Source of the DNA: a virus
Lineage: Duplodnaviria > Caudoviricetes
Strand: one strand, 5' to 3'
Length of the DNA: 64,000 nucleotides
IMG/VR virus record: IMGVR_UViG_3300008259_003073
In this document: positions 9,153 to 18,437 of the stretch, in pieces
Numbering within the stretch: position 1 is the first letter of the stretch
How the letters are laid out: the number at the start of each line of letters is the position of its first letter
Position numbers and translations under genes: made by a program
The notes under the pieces: model-generated
What the model saw: only the letters and a program-made list of their open reading frames with translations
Databases searched by the model: none
What the model was told of the DNA's origin: nothing

Positions 9153-9455
9153 TTATTTATTTATTTTTTCTAAATCATTTAATACCGTAGATATGCTACC
9201 TGGAATTCTTAATTGAGTTCCTGGATTTATAAAAAACGATGCATCATTTAAGTTATTTGCAACTGCTATTACCCACCATAATGCTTTATCTCCAAAATAT
9301 TTAGAAGCAAGTATATCCAATCTATCCGATGCCTCTGAAATAATATAAAAATCATTATCGGATGGTTTTATTTTTGGATATATAGTACTACTTATATACT
9401 GCTTTTTAGTATCTTTGGTTGTTAAATTTTTGGAATACAAATATCTACTTGCCAT
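9153..9455 (-). CDS. LysM-like / tail protein X-like baseplate protein
   Basis: DRLDILASKYFGDKALWWVIAVANNL...PGTQLRIP. Confidence 0.7.
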   Translation of the reverse strand: MASRYLYSKNLTTKDTKKQYISSTIYPKIKPSDNDFYIISEASDRLDILASKYFGDKALWWVIAVANNLNDASFFINPGTQLRIPGSISTVLNDLEKINK

Positions 9456-10909
9456 TATTCTTTTGTTTCATTTATAATAAATTTACCACCATTTATTCGA
9501 GAAGTACTCATTCCCCATACATTGTTAAAATCATTATTAGGTGTTATACCATCGGATTGATATGATAATCCATCGAAATTGTACTTGTATTTAGTTATTC
9601 CTCCTTCGGTTACTGTTTTATGATTTTCAATAATTTTCATACCAATTTGTACATCTATTACAGATGGATATAGTGTATTATCATTATTTAATCCAAATTT
9701 TACATAAATAGGATGTCTTCCATCTTGTGAGCCATTAGGGTCACCATTAGGCCATACGGTATTATCATCTATTTCAAATGATAAACTTTCTATATATCCG
9801 TAAATGTTTTTATACATATCACCAATTGTTAAGTAAAACAAATTTGGAGAAAATGCATATTGTGAAGTTTGCGTATCATTACCATATTTCATTTGTGAAA
9901 TTTCTTCATAAGGAAATGCTAATGATTTAAGATAATTTACCTTTTTTATCATTACATCTTTTTCTTTAACAGTTGTGTAATATAATTTTAAAGTAAATTG
10001 TAAAGTACGCTCCACTCCCAAATATCTATTCACTTTAAATGGTGAACCTAAATATCTGAAATTTGTCCATTCAGGACTTACATTTTCAGATAATCCTGTT
10101 ACTGCTCCCGCAAATGGAACTATTGATTTATTTCCTTCTTTTCTGAATAATACCCAAATTTGATTTACATCTCTATATTTTTGTATATCGGTATTTAATA
10201 AAGTTATATCATCATATTTTTCCTTCTCATTTACATTTTTAGTAGCACCATCCCATCCGTTTCTAGAAATTCCATTTCTAAATTCAGTAGATGTTATTGT
10301 ATCATCAGTAAGTGGACTTTTTGCAGGTGTGAATCCACCAAAACTCAAGTTTGTAATTTGTTTATAATCTGAAAACTTTTTTTCTGGAGCCATAGTCTTA
10401 CCTCCAAGTTGGGTTCTTCCAAATAATGGAGCAAACCCTTCAGGAGCTCCATTTTTTATTTTTAATTCTTTTGCTAATTTTTTTAATTCTCTGGCTGAAC
10501 CAAATTTATTTAAAGCCTGTTGAGCAACAAATCCAGCTGCTGAAGCAGGAGATGTTCCATCTAATAACCTTTTTATTATTGAGTTTGGAGCGGGTGTATC
10601 TTTTACATAATAAGATTTACCAGCTTCTACCGCGTTTCTTAATTGAGCTTGAGTTAATGCAACGAGGGTTATTGGTTTTGCAAATGGTAATTCACTTCTA
10701 AAAATAGTATCATCTGGCCTGTTTGCAAATCCACCTAAAGCACCTCCGACTTGATTTCCAACGATATCTGCTACTTTATTGGGTGATGATGTTAATAATG
10801 CTGCACTACGGGCTACATCAACGAATCCTTTGCTTTCAATTCGGACTTCTCCTAATTTTCCATAAAGGTCTTTTTTTTGTGATTTGAAAAGGTCTCTAAT
10901 TTGTGCCAT
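9455..10909 (-). CDS. putative baseplate tail-tube initiator (gp48/gp54/P2 U-like)
   Basis: C-terminal half WTNFRYLGSP...ERTLQFTLKL...NYLKSLAFP...LTIGDMY..IYGYIESLSFE; position immediately after the tape measure gene. Confidence 0.45.
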   Translation of the reverse strand: MAQIRDLFKSQKKDLYGKLGEVRIESKGFVDVARSAALLTSSPNKVADIVGNQVGGALGGFANRPDDTIFRSELPFAKPITLVALTQAQLRNAVEAGKSYYVKDTPAPNSIIKRLLDGTSPASAAGFVAQQALNKFGSARELKKLAKELKIKNGAPEGFAPLFGRTQLGGKTMAPEKKFSDYKQITNLSFGGFTPAKSPLTDDTITSTEFRNGISRNGWDGATKNVNEKEKYDDITLLNTDIQKYRDVNQIWVLFRKEGNKSIVPFAGAVTGLSENVSPEWTNFRYLGSPFKVNRYLGVERTLQFTLKLYYTTVKEKDVMIKKVNYLKSLAFPYEEISQMKYGNDTQTSQYAFSPNLFYLTIGDMYKNIYGYIESLSFEIDDNTVWPNGDPNGSQDGRHPIYVKFGLNNDNTLYPSVIDVQIGMKIIENHKTVTEGGITKYKYNFDGLSYQSDGITPNNDFNNVWGMSTSRINGGKFIINETKE

Positions 10910-10971
10910 CTATAGTTCTACATTTACTATAAATATCTCTAATTCAGATTTATTATTAATTTTCAAATGTA

Positions 10972-13779
10972 TTATATGAAATCACCAATGGTCTTTCTAC
11001 CGTTTCCACCTAATGCATAAGACCTTCTGGCTTCTTCACGAAGTCTTTCTGAAATTACTTTACCATCCAGATTAAGTGTGCCTTCAAATAGACCTTGTGT
11101 ATTTATAGCAATTTCTGTCAATATTGTAGTAGCCAATCCGAGTAATGAAACGGTTTCTATTTGTAAAGCGGAATTAAATTCGGCTTCAGTTAATTGACTA
11201 GCTCCTGTTTCTTGTAGTTTTTTATCTAACTCTTCTTGAGTTAACGCTTGAGTAAATAACTGACTACCATTGGTTATTGTGGCATTTTTAGCTTCGTCCA
11301 TTTTTAGCTTTACTTCCTCCTGGTTTGCTACGTCAGATAGGCCGTTTGTTGCAACATTATTAGCTAATTCTAATGTTTTCTCTGTATTTTCTTCAGTAGC
11401 TGCAACTGTAGATTTATAACCTACTAAATTTGCCTGTCTTAATTCTTCTAATTTTTTCTGGTCAACAAAATACTCTGTATTGGCTTGGCCTTTAAATCGT
11501 CCTTGTTGTATTATCACCTGTTGTGACCCAACTAAACTCTTTATCATCTCAAATTCTTTATCCGATACTCCCTGCTGCTTTTTCCAATAGGCTCCCCCAT
11601 CACGTAAAATGGGACCTCCTTCATTAATAAAAGATTGCGCAAGATTTTGAATTCGTCTAATTTCTCTATCTGTGTCCTTATTCTTGTCTGCTATTTGAGT
11701 TCCAAATGTAGATTGAGTTACTTGTCCCAATGTTGCTTCTACCGCTGCTTTATCTTTCATATCCACATTATTTTTCTCTAATGCATCATTGAAAGATAAA
11801 ACTAATTTACCAACATCTTCACTTTTTATACGTTCCTCCTTCAATAACTGCATTACTAGATTACTAGTTTCTGCACCTTGTCCTATACTCGCATCTAACC
11901 CATAAGCCGCCATTGCGGTGGCCATATCTGATTTACTTTTCGCACCCATCAAAAGAGCACCACTTGCAACGTCAGCTAACTCCTGTGCTGCTAGGTCTTC
12001 CTTTTCCATATCGGCAGCAAACTTTAATTCCCAGTATGCTCTATATCTTGCTTCTTCTTTTATTAAATCCATTTTTTGAGCCTGTTCTAACAACATCATT
12101 GCCGCTCTCTGTCTCTGCTCAAACTCTAATAACTTTTTTCTCTGTTCTTGCTCTAATGCCAATTTTGCACCAGCATTTGCCAAATCTTGATTAAGAGCCG
12201 CATCTGCAAATGCTTTTCCTTTGGCAGCTTCCGCTTTTAATTCACCAGCAACTTTTGGGTCTTCTTTACCTTCCATTAATGCCATTAACGCAGATATATC
12301 CATTCCGGTAGCCTGTGATAATTGTTGTTTAGCAAATGGATTCATTGCACCGATATCCATGCCACCCAACGCGGATTTAAGAGCAGCTGCACCTCCTGCT
12401 TGGTCACCTGCCATTAATTTAGCTCTTACTTCGGAAAGATTTACATTTTTACCCAACATTGCGGATAAACTCATTTCCGCTTTAATACTATCTTTATAGT
12501 TTAATACCATAGTATCCGATGCCTTCATCATTGATGACATTGATACACTCATTTTACTTAATAAAACCGCTTGTTTTGCAAAACTATCAGCAGTACCATT
12601 ACTGAATTTATATATATCTTCACCCGCTTCTTTAATTTGATTGAAGATTACTTGAGGTGCTATATCATTTATTTTAGCAAATGACTCAAATCCTCCTATT
12701 AAATTTTGAGCCGTTTCAGCTGAAGTTTTACCCATCAAACTGAATAATTTTGTCATATTCATGACATCCTCATCACTTCCACTTAAATGATATGCCAATC
12801 CTTGCGCGTTTTCAGATAGTTGAAAACTTTGTTTAATTCCCAATCCAAATGTAGCAGTGAATTTACCTACACCTTCGAGTATTTGTTTTGTACCAGAACC
12901 GATTGCTTTTAAGGCTCTTTCTGAAATTGTTGCATATTTTTCTATAAATGAGATACCAGAAGCTGATATTGCTTTTCGTTTTTCTAATTCAGCATCTAAT
13001 GTTTCTTTTGCTTGGTCTAATTGGAATTGTAACGCATCTTTTCTTAAACCCATTTCATACTCAACTTCATCCTTGACTAAACTATGTTCGAATGCCATCT
13101 TATCCATCGCAATCCCTTTTGAATGGTCAAAAATTTCTCTCTGAAGTTGTTGTTGTAATTCTAATGGTTTTTGATAAGCATATTTTGCATCTATTTTTCT
13201 AAATGCTTCCGTACCTTCTAAACTACCTTTCATGTCTGCTATCCCACCAGGCCCTAACATACTACCTTTATTTGTAGCCATTTTTACTCCTGCTACCAAT
13301 TTAGCTAATCCACCACTATTCCAAAAATCAAAGGCCATTTTTAAACCACTCAATACCATTCCTGCTGGTCCAGCTGCTCTTAATATCGCACCTCCAGCGG
13401 AACCTAGTCCTGCTGCAGCTTTACCCAACATACCACCTGTTCCACCACCACCCTTTATACCAGCTAATCCTTTTTTGAATCCATTAAAATTTTCCTTACC
13501 CATTAATTTTCCGGCTACGCGCATGGTTTTTTTACCGAACATGTTTTCAAATTGGTCGACAGCATTGGCCACTTTTTTCTGGTCCCCTCTTTCTGCTTTC
13601 TTTTCTGATTCTACCTTTTTCTTTGCTTTTCGGTCTAGCTCTTGTGTTTTTGCAAATCCGGCAAAAGAATCTGCTAATCTTTCTGCTACTTTTGAAAAAT
13701 TGTCAACAGTTGCTTGAAAAGTACCTATACTTCTTTCTTGAGCTAAATCTAATTCTTCTTGTTTGCGACTCTTTGCCAT
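10972..13779 (-). CDS. tape measure protein
   Basis: 935 aa, Ala/Gly/Leu/Gln-rich and helical, with a Gly-rich hydrophobic stretch and coiled coils. It follows sheath, tube and chaperones and precedes the baseplate genes. Confidence 0.75.
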   Translation of the reverse strand: MAKSRKQEELDLAQERSIGTFQATVDNFSKVAERLADSFAGFAKTQELDRKAKKKVESEKKAERGDQKKVANAVDQFENMFGKKTMRVAGKLMGKENFNGFKKGLAGIKGGGGTGGMLGKAAAGLGSAGGAILRAAGPAGMVLSGLKMAFDFWNSGGLAKLVAGVKMATNKGSMLGPGGIADMKGSLEGTEAFRKIDAKYAYQKPLELQQQLQREIFDHSKGIAMDKMAFEHSLVKDEVEYEMGLRKDALQFQLDQAKETLDAELEKRKAISASGISFIEKYATISERALKAIGSGTKQILEGVGKFTATFGLGIKQSFQLSENAQGLAYHLSGSDEDVMNMTKLFSLMGKTSAETAQNLIGGFESFAKINDIAPQVIFNQIKEAGEDIYKFSNGTADSFAKQAVLLSKMSVSMSSMMKASDTMVLNYKDSIKAEMSLSAMLGKNVNLSEVRAKLMAGDQAGGAAALKSALGGMDIGAMNPFAKQQLSQATGMDISALMALMEGKEDPKVAGELKAEAAKGKAFADAALNQDLANAGAKLALEQEQRKKLLEFEQRQRAAMMLLEQAQKMDLIKEEARYRAYWELKFAADMEKEDLAAQELADVASGALLMGAKSKSDMATAMAAYGLDASIGQGAETSNLVMQLLKEERIKSEDVGKLVLSFNDALEKNNVDMKDKAAVEATLGQVTQSTFGTQIADKNKDTDREIRRIQNLAQSFINEGGPILRDGGAYWKKQQGVSDKEFEMIKSLVGSQQVIIQQGRFKGQANTEYFVDQKKLEELRQANLVGYKSTVAATEENTEKTLELANNVATNGLSDVANQEEVKLKMDEAKNATITNGSQLFTQALTQEELDKKLQETGASQLTEAEFNSALQIETVSLLGLATTILTEIAINTQGLFEGTLNLDGKVISERLREEARRSYALGGNGRKTIGDFI

Positions 13780-13816
13780 AGTTAATTATAATAATTACAT
13801 ATAAATATACATATTA

Positions 13817-14050
13817 CTATTTTCTTCGTGCTCTACTAGGAGCAGATGCTGCTTTTTTAGTCGCGTTTTCATACAATTTAGCTTCGGTGTTCTTACTATT
13901 AAGTAATTCATTCCAATAAAATTCTCTTAATTTAGTGGGCATGAAATATACATCATGCCAAGTAAACCCGCCATTTGAGTTATAGATTAGTGAAAATATT
14001 TGTTTGTGTAAAGTTACAGAATGATTAGTCGGCAGGGTAAAAAAAGTCAA
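13817..14050 (-). CDS. tail assembly chaperone C-terminal extension (gp51-like / lambda T-like), probably reached by frameshift
   Basis: QIFSLIYNSNGGFTWHDVYFMPTKLREFY pattern. There is no ATG until codon 37, and the frame overlaps the upstream gene across a T7 run. Confidence 0.65.
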   Translation of the reverse strand: MTFFTLPTNHSVTLHKQIFSLIYNSNGGFTWHDVYFMPTKLREFYWNELLNSKNTEAKLYENATKKAASAPSRARRK

Positions 14051-14843
14051 GTCCTATTGGGACTTTAAGAGCCTCCTTCTCCCCTGTGAACGGTGATGTA
14101 TATTCAAAACTTAAATTTATATCTGGAGTAATTTTTTGTATATATTTTCTTAAAGCTCTGGAGTCAGAAGCTCTCAATTGATTTACAACAAAATTACTGA
14201 TAAAACCCAAATCTCTGTTACCATCTATTTCTAAAATAATTCTTCTTAATCGTGTAGTAACTTCTTTACCTTCTTTCAAAGTTTTTTCAGATGCTTCAAT
14301 ATCTTTATTTATAGCCATTTCATCACCATGCGTCAATAATTTAAATTTAATTATTGATTTAGATTGTGGTAATGTGAATTGATATTCATTTTCTCTGTTA
14401 AGTAAATTTTCATCAATTTCTTTAATTGATAATTTACTCATATCAACTTTAGTTTGAACTGCTTCGTTTTCTACTGGGTCTGTAACGGTAACATCATACT
14501 CTGGTCCGTATGCCAACACTCTAGTTGCAATTAGAATTGCATTCTTATCTCCAATTATCAAATCAGAAAGACTTACTCCTGGTTCTACAATTATTGATTC
14601 TAATAATTTATCAATTACTATACCCTTACGGATAAGATTTGTAGAAGTAAGAATATCTTCTTCTTTAGCAGTCATTAATTTAACAGTCACCTCACCTTTT
14701 GATAATGGAGATGATTCGGGATAACATAATCCCTTTGATGGTAAACTAATAATTTCCGTTGGGAATGGATACGATTTTTGTTGTTGATAAACAGGATTAG
14801 AATTTAATCCTCTACTAACTGCTTGTTCGGTAATTTCTTCCAT
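14025..14843 (-). CDS. gp26: T4 gp26-like baseplate hub / tail assembly chaperone (probable start MEEITEQ at 14843)
   Basis: FPTEIISLPSKG..Y...KLMTAKEEDIL...L.IGDKNAIL.A.R..AYG...FKLLTHGDE...IPIGLDFF; the ATG at 14843 sits downstream of a terminator and a variant late motif. Confidence 0.65.
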   Translation of the reverse strand: MEEITEQAVSRGLNSNPVYQQQKSYPFPTEIISLPSKGLCYPESSPLSKGEVTVKLMTAKEEDILTSTNLIRKGIVIDKLLESIIVEPGVSLSDLIIGDKNAILIATRVLAYGPEYDVTVTDPVENEAVQTKVDMSKLSIKEIDENLLNRENEYQFTLPQSKSIIKFKLLTHGDEMAINKDIEASEKTLKEGKEVTTRLRRIILEIDGNRDLGFISNFVVNQLRASDSRALRKYIQKITPDINLSFEYTSPFTGEKEALKVPIGLDFFYPAD

Positions 14844-14882
14844 AATAATAACATTTTGTTTAATTATAAGTATATGTAAAAC

Positions 14883-14912
14883 AAAAAAATGGGATGTATT
14901 TCTACACCCCAT
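14883..14912 (-). terminator. intrinsic terminator
   Basis: Minus strand ATGGGGTGTA-GAAA-TACATCCCAT followed by a T run. Confidence 0.8.
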
Positions 14913-14940
14913 ATTAAATTATTTTAAAATACTATTTTAA

Positions 14941-15135
14941 CTACCAACCAGGATAACCCCTTTGAGCTAATTCCTGTGTAACCTCATGATACTTCTCCTC
15001 ACTCACTACACCATTCCAAAAACACCAATCATAATTGGTCTTATGGGGGTCATTATGTCCATTGAACTCCGCAGTAGAAATCAACAAATCACAATACTCA
15101 CTTACACTCATGCCAGCAATTTCTTCAGTTTCCAT
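14941..15135 (-). CDS. small acidic hypothetical protein (64 aa)
   Basis: Second gene of a two-gene cassette bounded by its own promoter and terminator. Confidence 0.6.
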   Translation of the reverse strand: METEEIAGMSVSEYCDLLISTAEFNGHNDPHKTNYDWCFWNGVVSEEKYHEVTQELAQRGYPGW

Positions 15136-15153
15136 ATCTTATTTATTTATTTG

Positions 15154-15417
15154 TTAGTATTCAATTAAGGAAATTGGAACGATAAACACACCACCACTCT
15201 TTACACTTAAAGTAGCCTTTGTTCGATTAATTTTATTAACCCACAAATCTTTACCTCGCAATTTCGGGTGATTAACCGTAACTTGCATACCCACACTTAA
15301 ACCCACTTTCTTTTGAAGTGATTCGATATTGCGTTTTTGTTTGATTAACTCAACAACAATCTGATTGATGTTACGCAATTCTGATACTGACAATTTTGAT
15401 AATTCTGAAATGTTCAT
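15154..15417 (-). CDS. small basic hypothetical protein (87 aa; helix plus possible SH3/KOW-like barrel)
   Basis: ORF follows a Bacteroidota-type promoter and an A-rich leader. Confidence 0.65.
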   Translation of the reverse strand: MNISELSKLSVSELRNINQIVVELIKQKRNIESLQKKVGLSVGMQVTVNHPKLRGKDLWVNKINRTKATLSVKSGGVFIVPISLIEY

Positions 15418-15462
15418 AACTTTTAGATTTTAGATTTTAAATGTTTAACTCTTATTACATAG

Positions 15463-15494
15463 TAAAGGTAATACATTCTGCTATAAAAGTCAAG
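15463..15494 (-). promoter_or_regulatory. Bacteroidota-type promoter of the two-gene cassette
   Basis: CTTG (15494-15491), a 20-nt spacer, then TACCTTTA (15470-15463). Confidence 0.6.
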
Positions 15495-15542
15495 TCTTTT
15501 TTCAATTATTTTTTAAATTTATAATGGTTCTAAATAAGACAT

Positions 15543-15572
15543 AAAAAAAGGGATAGAAATCTACCCCTTTTT
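15543..15572 (-). terminator. intrinsic terminator after the tail tube gene
   Basis: GGGGTAG-ATTT-CTATCCC followed by T7 on the minus strand. Confidence 0.75.
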
Positions 15573-15599
15573 AATTATTTTAAAGTTTACAATTAAAGA

Positions 15600-16088
15600 T
15601 TAGTATTCAAGAATTGCGTAATCATAAGTTAAAGTTAATTCTATCGATAGTGGGTCGTTTGAAGCCCAATCCAATTCACCAAAGTTTGCTGAAGTGATAA
15701 ATGCTCCTTTTAAAGTCCATTGTTCAATCTTATCACCTACTGGTCCTAATAAGAAGAAGTTAATATCTTTCTTATAGAATGCCGCGTATCCATCTCTACC
15801 TGTTAGAGATTCGTGTGAACTTCTAACCCACTCCATTACTTGCTGTGCTCCAGATGGAACGATTGGGTCATAAAGAGAGATAGTAATATCATCCCAAGTG
15901 GATTTACCCTTAATCTTTCTTTTTACGTTGATGTGGTCTAGTTCAACTATTTCCGATGTGAAAGTTGGTCTACTAGCCGTTTTGATGATGTATGATTCAA
16001 TACCATTGATTTCCATAATAAATCTATTCCCCAATTTGGGTTCAAAATTTCTGTAGAACATCTTGTCAAACTCTAATATTTCTGGCAT
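15600..16088 (-). CDS. gp19: tail tube protein, T4 gp19-like
   Basis: RF.MEING...IKTASRP...W.DITISLYDP...V.EW...Y..YKKD...LGPVGD.IE.W.LKGAF...F.ELDW...LT.DYA; directly follows the sheath. Confidence 0.9.
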   Translation of the reverse strand: MPEILEFDKMFYRNFEPKLGNRFIMEINGIESYIIKTASRPTFTSEIVELDHINVKRKIKGKSTWDDITISLYDPIVPSGAQQVMEWVRSSHESLTGRDGYAAFYKKDINFFLLGPVGDKIEQWTLKGAFITSANFGELDWASNDPLSIELTLTYDYAILEY

Positions 16089-16134
16089 CTTTTTTTTATT
16101 TAATTGTTTCTAATATAAATATCTAATTTCTAAA

Positions 16135-18369
16135 TTATCCGTTAAAACTTGCTCCAGTTGGTAAGATGTTGAAATCAATTTGAATGAATTCAGCGGTTTT
16201 AGTCGGTTGTAAGAAGATAGCTCCTGCTAATATGTTTCTATCAATTACATCAGGCGTATTGTTAGTATCATCCATCACTACTCTAAACGCGTAAAGTCCT
16301 TGTCTCTGTTGGATGCTATCCAAATATGGATTAACAATGTTTAAGAATCTGTTTCTAGTTTCAGAAGTATTTTGTTCAAACACTAAATATCTAGATGAAG
16401 ATGCGATATACTTTCTAACAGTCAACAACAATCTTCTTACGTTGATTCTATCCAATGCAGATGGTCTATCTTGCAATGTTTTTTGTCCGAATACTACAAT
16501 TCCTTGTCCAGGGAACTGAACGATTGGGTTTACTTTGTTTTCGTATAATGAATCTTTTTCGGATTGAGTTAAACGATTTTGAACACTTACTGCTCCAATT
16601 AAACCACCTCTATTCAAACCTGCTGGTGCAAACCATTCAGCTGCTACTCTATCGTTAGCCGCAAATACCCCAGGCAATAATACTGATGGTGGTACTGCGA
16701 TTAGTTTGTTAGTGTTAACATCGATTGTTTTAACCCAAGGGTAGTAAGTTGCTACCATATTTGAATCGATTGATTGTGCTTCTGTATTTGCTTGTCCAAT
16801 TGAATCACCATAAGCGGTTGTATCCAAAATGTAGAAACAATCATTTCGTTGCTCAACCATATCCAATACTGAAGTTGCTACTGAAGAGTGTAATCGTTTG
16901 ATAACACCTGGAGTTACAACCATATTGATGTCAAATTCATCTACATTTGATAATGCCGCGATATGTTTAGCGTATGCTGCTGAACCACTAGCATTTACTG
17001 TTGATAAGTTAAATCCTTGTGAGTTTCCTGCTGAAATATCTGCTCCTGTCAATATTGGAGTTGCTGGATTCATACCATCAAATCCTTCTTGGAATCCTAC
17101 AATGAATTGTGCCGAAGTTGAACCTACTGCTAATGTACCACCATTTGATGCATCTAATCCAAATACAGAGTTAGAACCTACACCTGCTCCAGTCGGAATT
17201 GGCTTTAAGTAGATATTGTTATCAGTATTACCATCTAAATTGATACCACCATATTGTGTTGCCGATGAAGTTAAGAATGTTACTGCAGGAATCAATGCTC
17301 CAACTGCTGCCGATGCGGATACTGGTAAAGTATACGCTGCGTGTCCGAATGGAACTGCTTGTACGGGAGCCGATGTATTTAAGTTAGCAATTCTAACATA
17401 TTTTGAATTACTTACCCAATCTCCAGATTCAGATATTTTACCCTCTGAATCAATTGATAATTTTCTATCACCGATTACTCTACTAATATAGTTAGGAGAA
17501 TTAGGGTCTAAATTTACATTTGAATAAGTTTCTAATACTACTTTTTTCTTATTTGTATCACCAAATTCTCTTACAACTACGGTGAATGTACCATAATCAG
17601 TACCATTTACAGAACCTGCTGCTTTAATATTTGTGATACCAATTTTTACTTTAGTATTTGCCGCATTACCTGCTCCGATTGTTTCAAATTGGAATAAGTT
17701 ATATCTATCACCAGAGATTACTTGAGATGTAATCATTGGTGTTAACGCCTCTTGCGCATCAAATGTAAAAAGTTGGTCACCCAATACAGTTACTGAAGAA
17801 GATGCACTGGAATTAAATGTTATAGAAGAATTTTTAAAGAATCCATACACATAAGGGTCTTTAGAACCAAACGCAGATGTTCCAAATACTGCTTCAATAT
17901 CGTTTGTATCGGTTACATCCAAAGAAGCAGATAGGTTTAATCCACTACCTCTTAATACGAAATCACCTGCTCCTGCATTAGAAGAAGTTAATTGTGCGTC
18001 TGCAAAACCTCCGTTTGCACTTCCTGAAGTATTGAATAAGATACCTAAAGATGCTGATACAGCTCCTGAAGTTGCAGTTAATAATAAAGGTGCTACTTCG
18101 GTATATCCTCCAACACCCCCAACTCTACAAATTGTAGCAGTTCCTGCCTCTCTTAAATAATTTTGTACGGCTAAAGGAGTAAGATATGTGCCATCTGCTG
18201 CTCCAAATAATTTTTCAAATTCTGCCTGTGAATTTACGATTGTAGGTACCAATGGTCCTTCTTTGAAAGGTCCGATAAATGCTGCTCCAATATCTGCTAC
18301 CCCTTGCTGTAAGAATGAAAGGTCATTTTCTTTTGTAAATACACCTGGTGATACTATTTTGTCTGCCAT
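16135..18369 (-). CDS. gp18: tail sheath protein, T4 gp18-like
   Basis: N-terminal VSPGVFTKENDLS; C-terminal WFAPAGLNRG ... LYENKVNPI ... GQKTLQ..SALDRINVRRLL ... LQPTKTAEFI. Confidence 0.95.
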   Translation of the reverse strand: MADKIVSPGVFTKENDLSFLQQGVADIGAAFIGPFKEGPLVPTIVNSQAEFEKLFGAADGTYLTPLAVQNYLREAGTATICRVGGVGGYTEVAPLLLTATSGAVSASLGILFNTSGSANGGFADAQLTSSNAGAGDFVLRGSGLNLSASLDVTDTNDIEAVFGTSAFGSKDPYVYGFFKNSSITFNSSASSSVTVLGDQLFTFDAQEALTPMITSQVISGDRYNLFQFETIGAGNAANTKVKIGITNIKAAGSVNGTDYGTFTVVVREFGDTNKKKVVLETYSNVNLDPNSPNYISRVIGDRKLSIDSEGKISESGDWVSNSKYVRIANLNTSAPVQAVPFGHAAYTLPVSASAAVGALIPAVTFLTSSATQYGGINLDGNTDNNIYLKPIPTGAGVGSNSVFGLDASNGGTLAVGSTSAQFIVGFQEGFDGMNPATPILTGADISAGNSQGFNLSTVNASGSAAYAKHIAALSNVDEFDINMVVTPGVIKRLHSSVATSVLDMVEQRNDCFYILDTTAYGDSIGQANTEAQSIDSNMVATYYPWVKTIDVNTNKLIAVPPSVLLPGVFAANDRVAAEWFAPAGLNRGGLIGAVSVQNRLTQSEKDSLYENKVNPIVQFPGQGIVVFGQKTLQDRPSALDRINVRRLLLTVRKYIASSSRYLVFEQNTSETRNRFLNIVNPYLDSIQQRQGLYAFRVVMDDTNNTPDVIDRNILAGAIFLQPTKTAEFIQIDFNILPTGASFNG

Positions 18370-18437
18370 TTTATATACTAATTTAAAATTTTATTATCTC
18401 ATTATAAATATAAACTTTTATTTCAAAACAACAATTA

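Noticed and set aside
14844-14912. Longer N-termini given by the ORF track (also 6913..6984 and 41757..41798)
   Set aside because: These extensions run through terminator hairpins, promoter motifs or the upstream gene; internal ATGs at 14843, 6912 and 41756 fit the context better.
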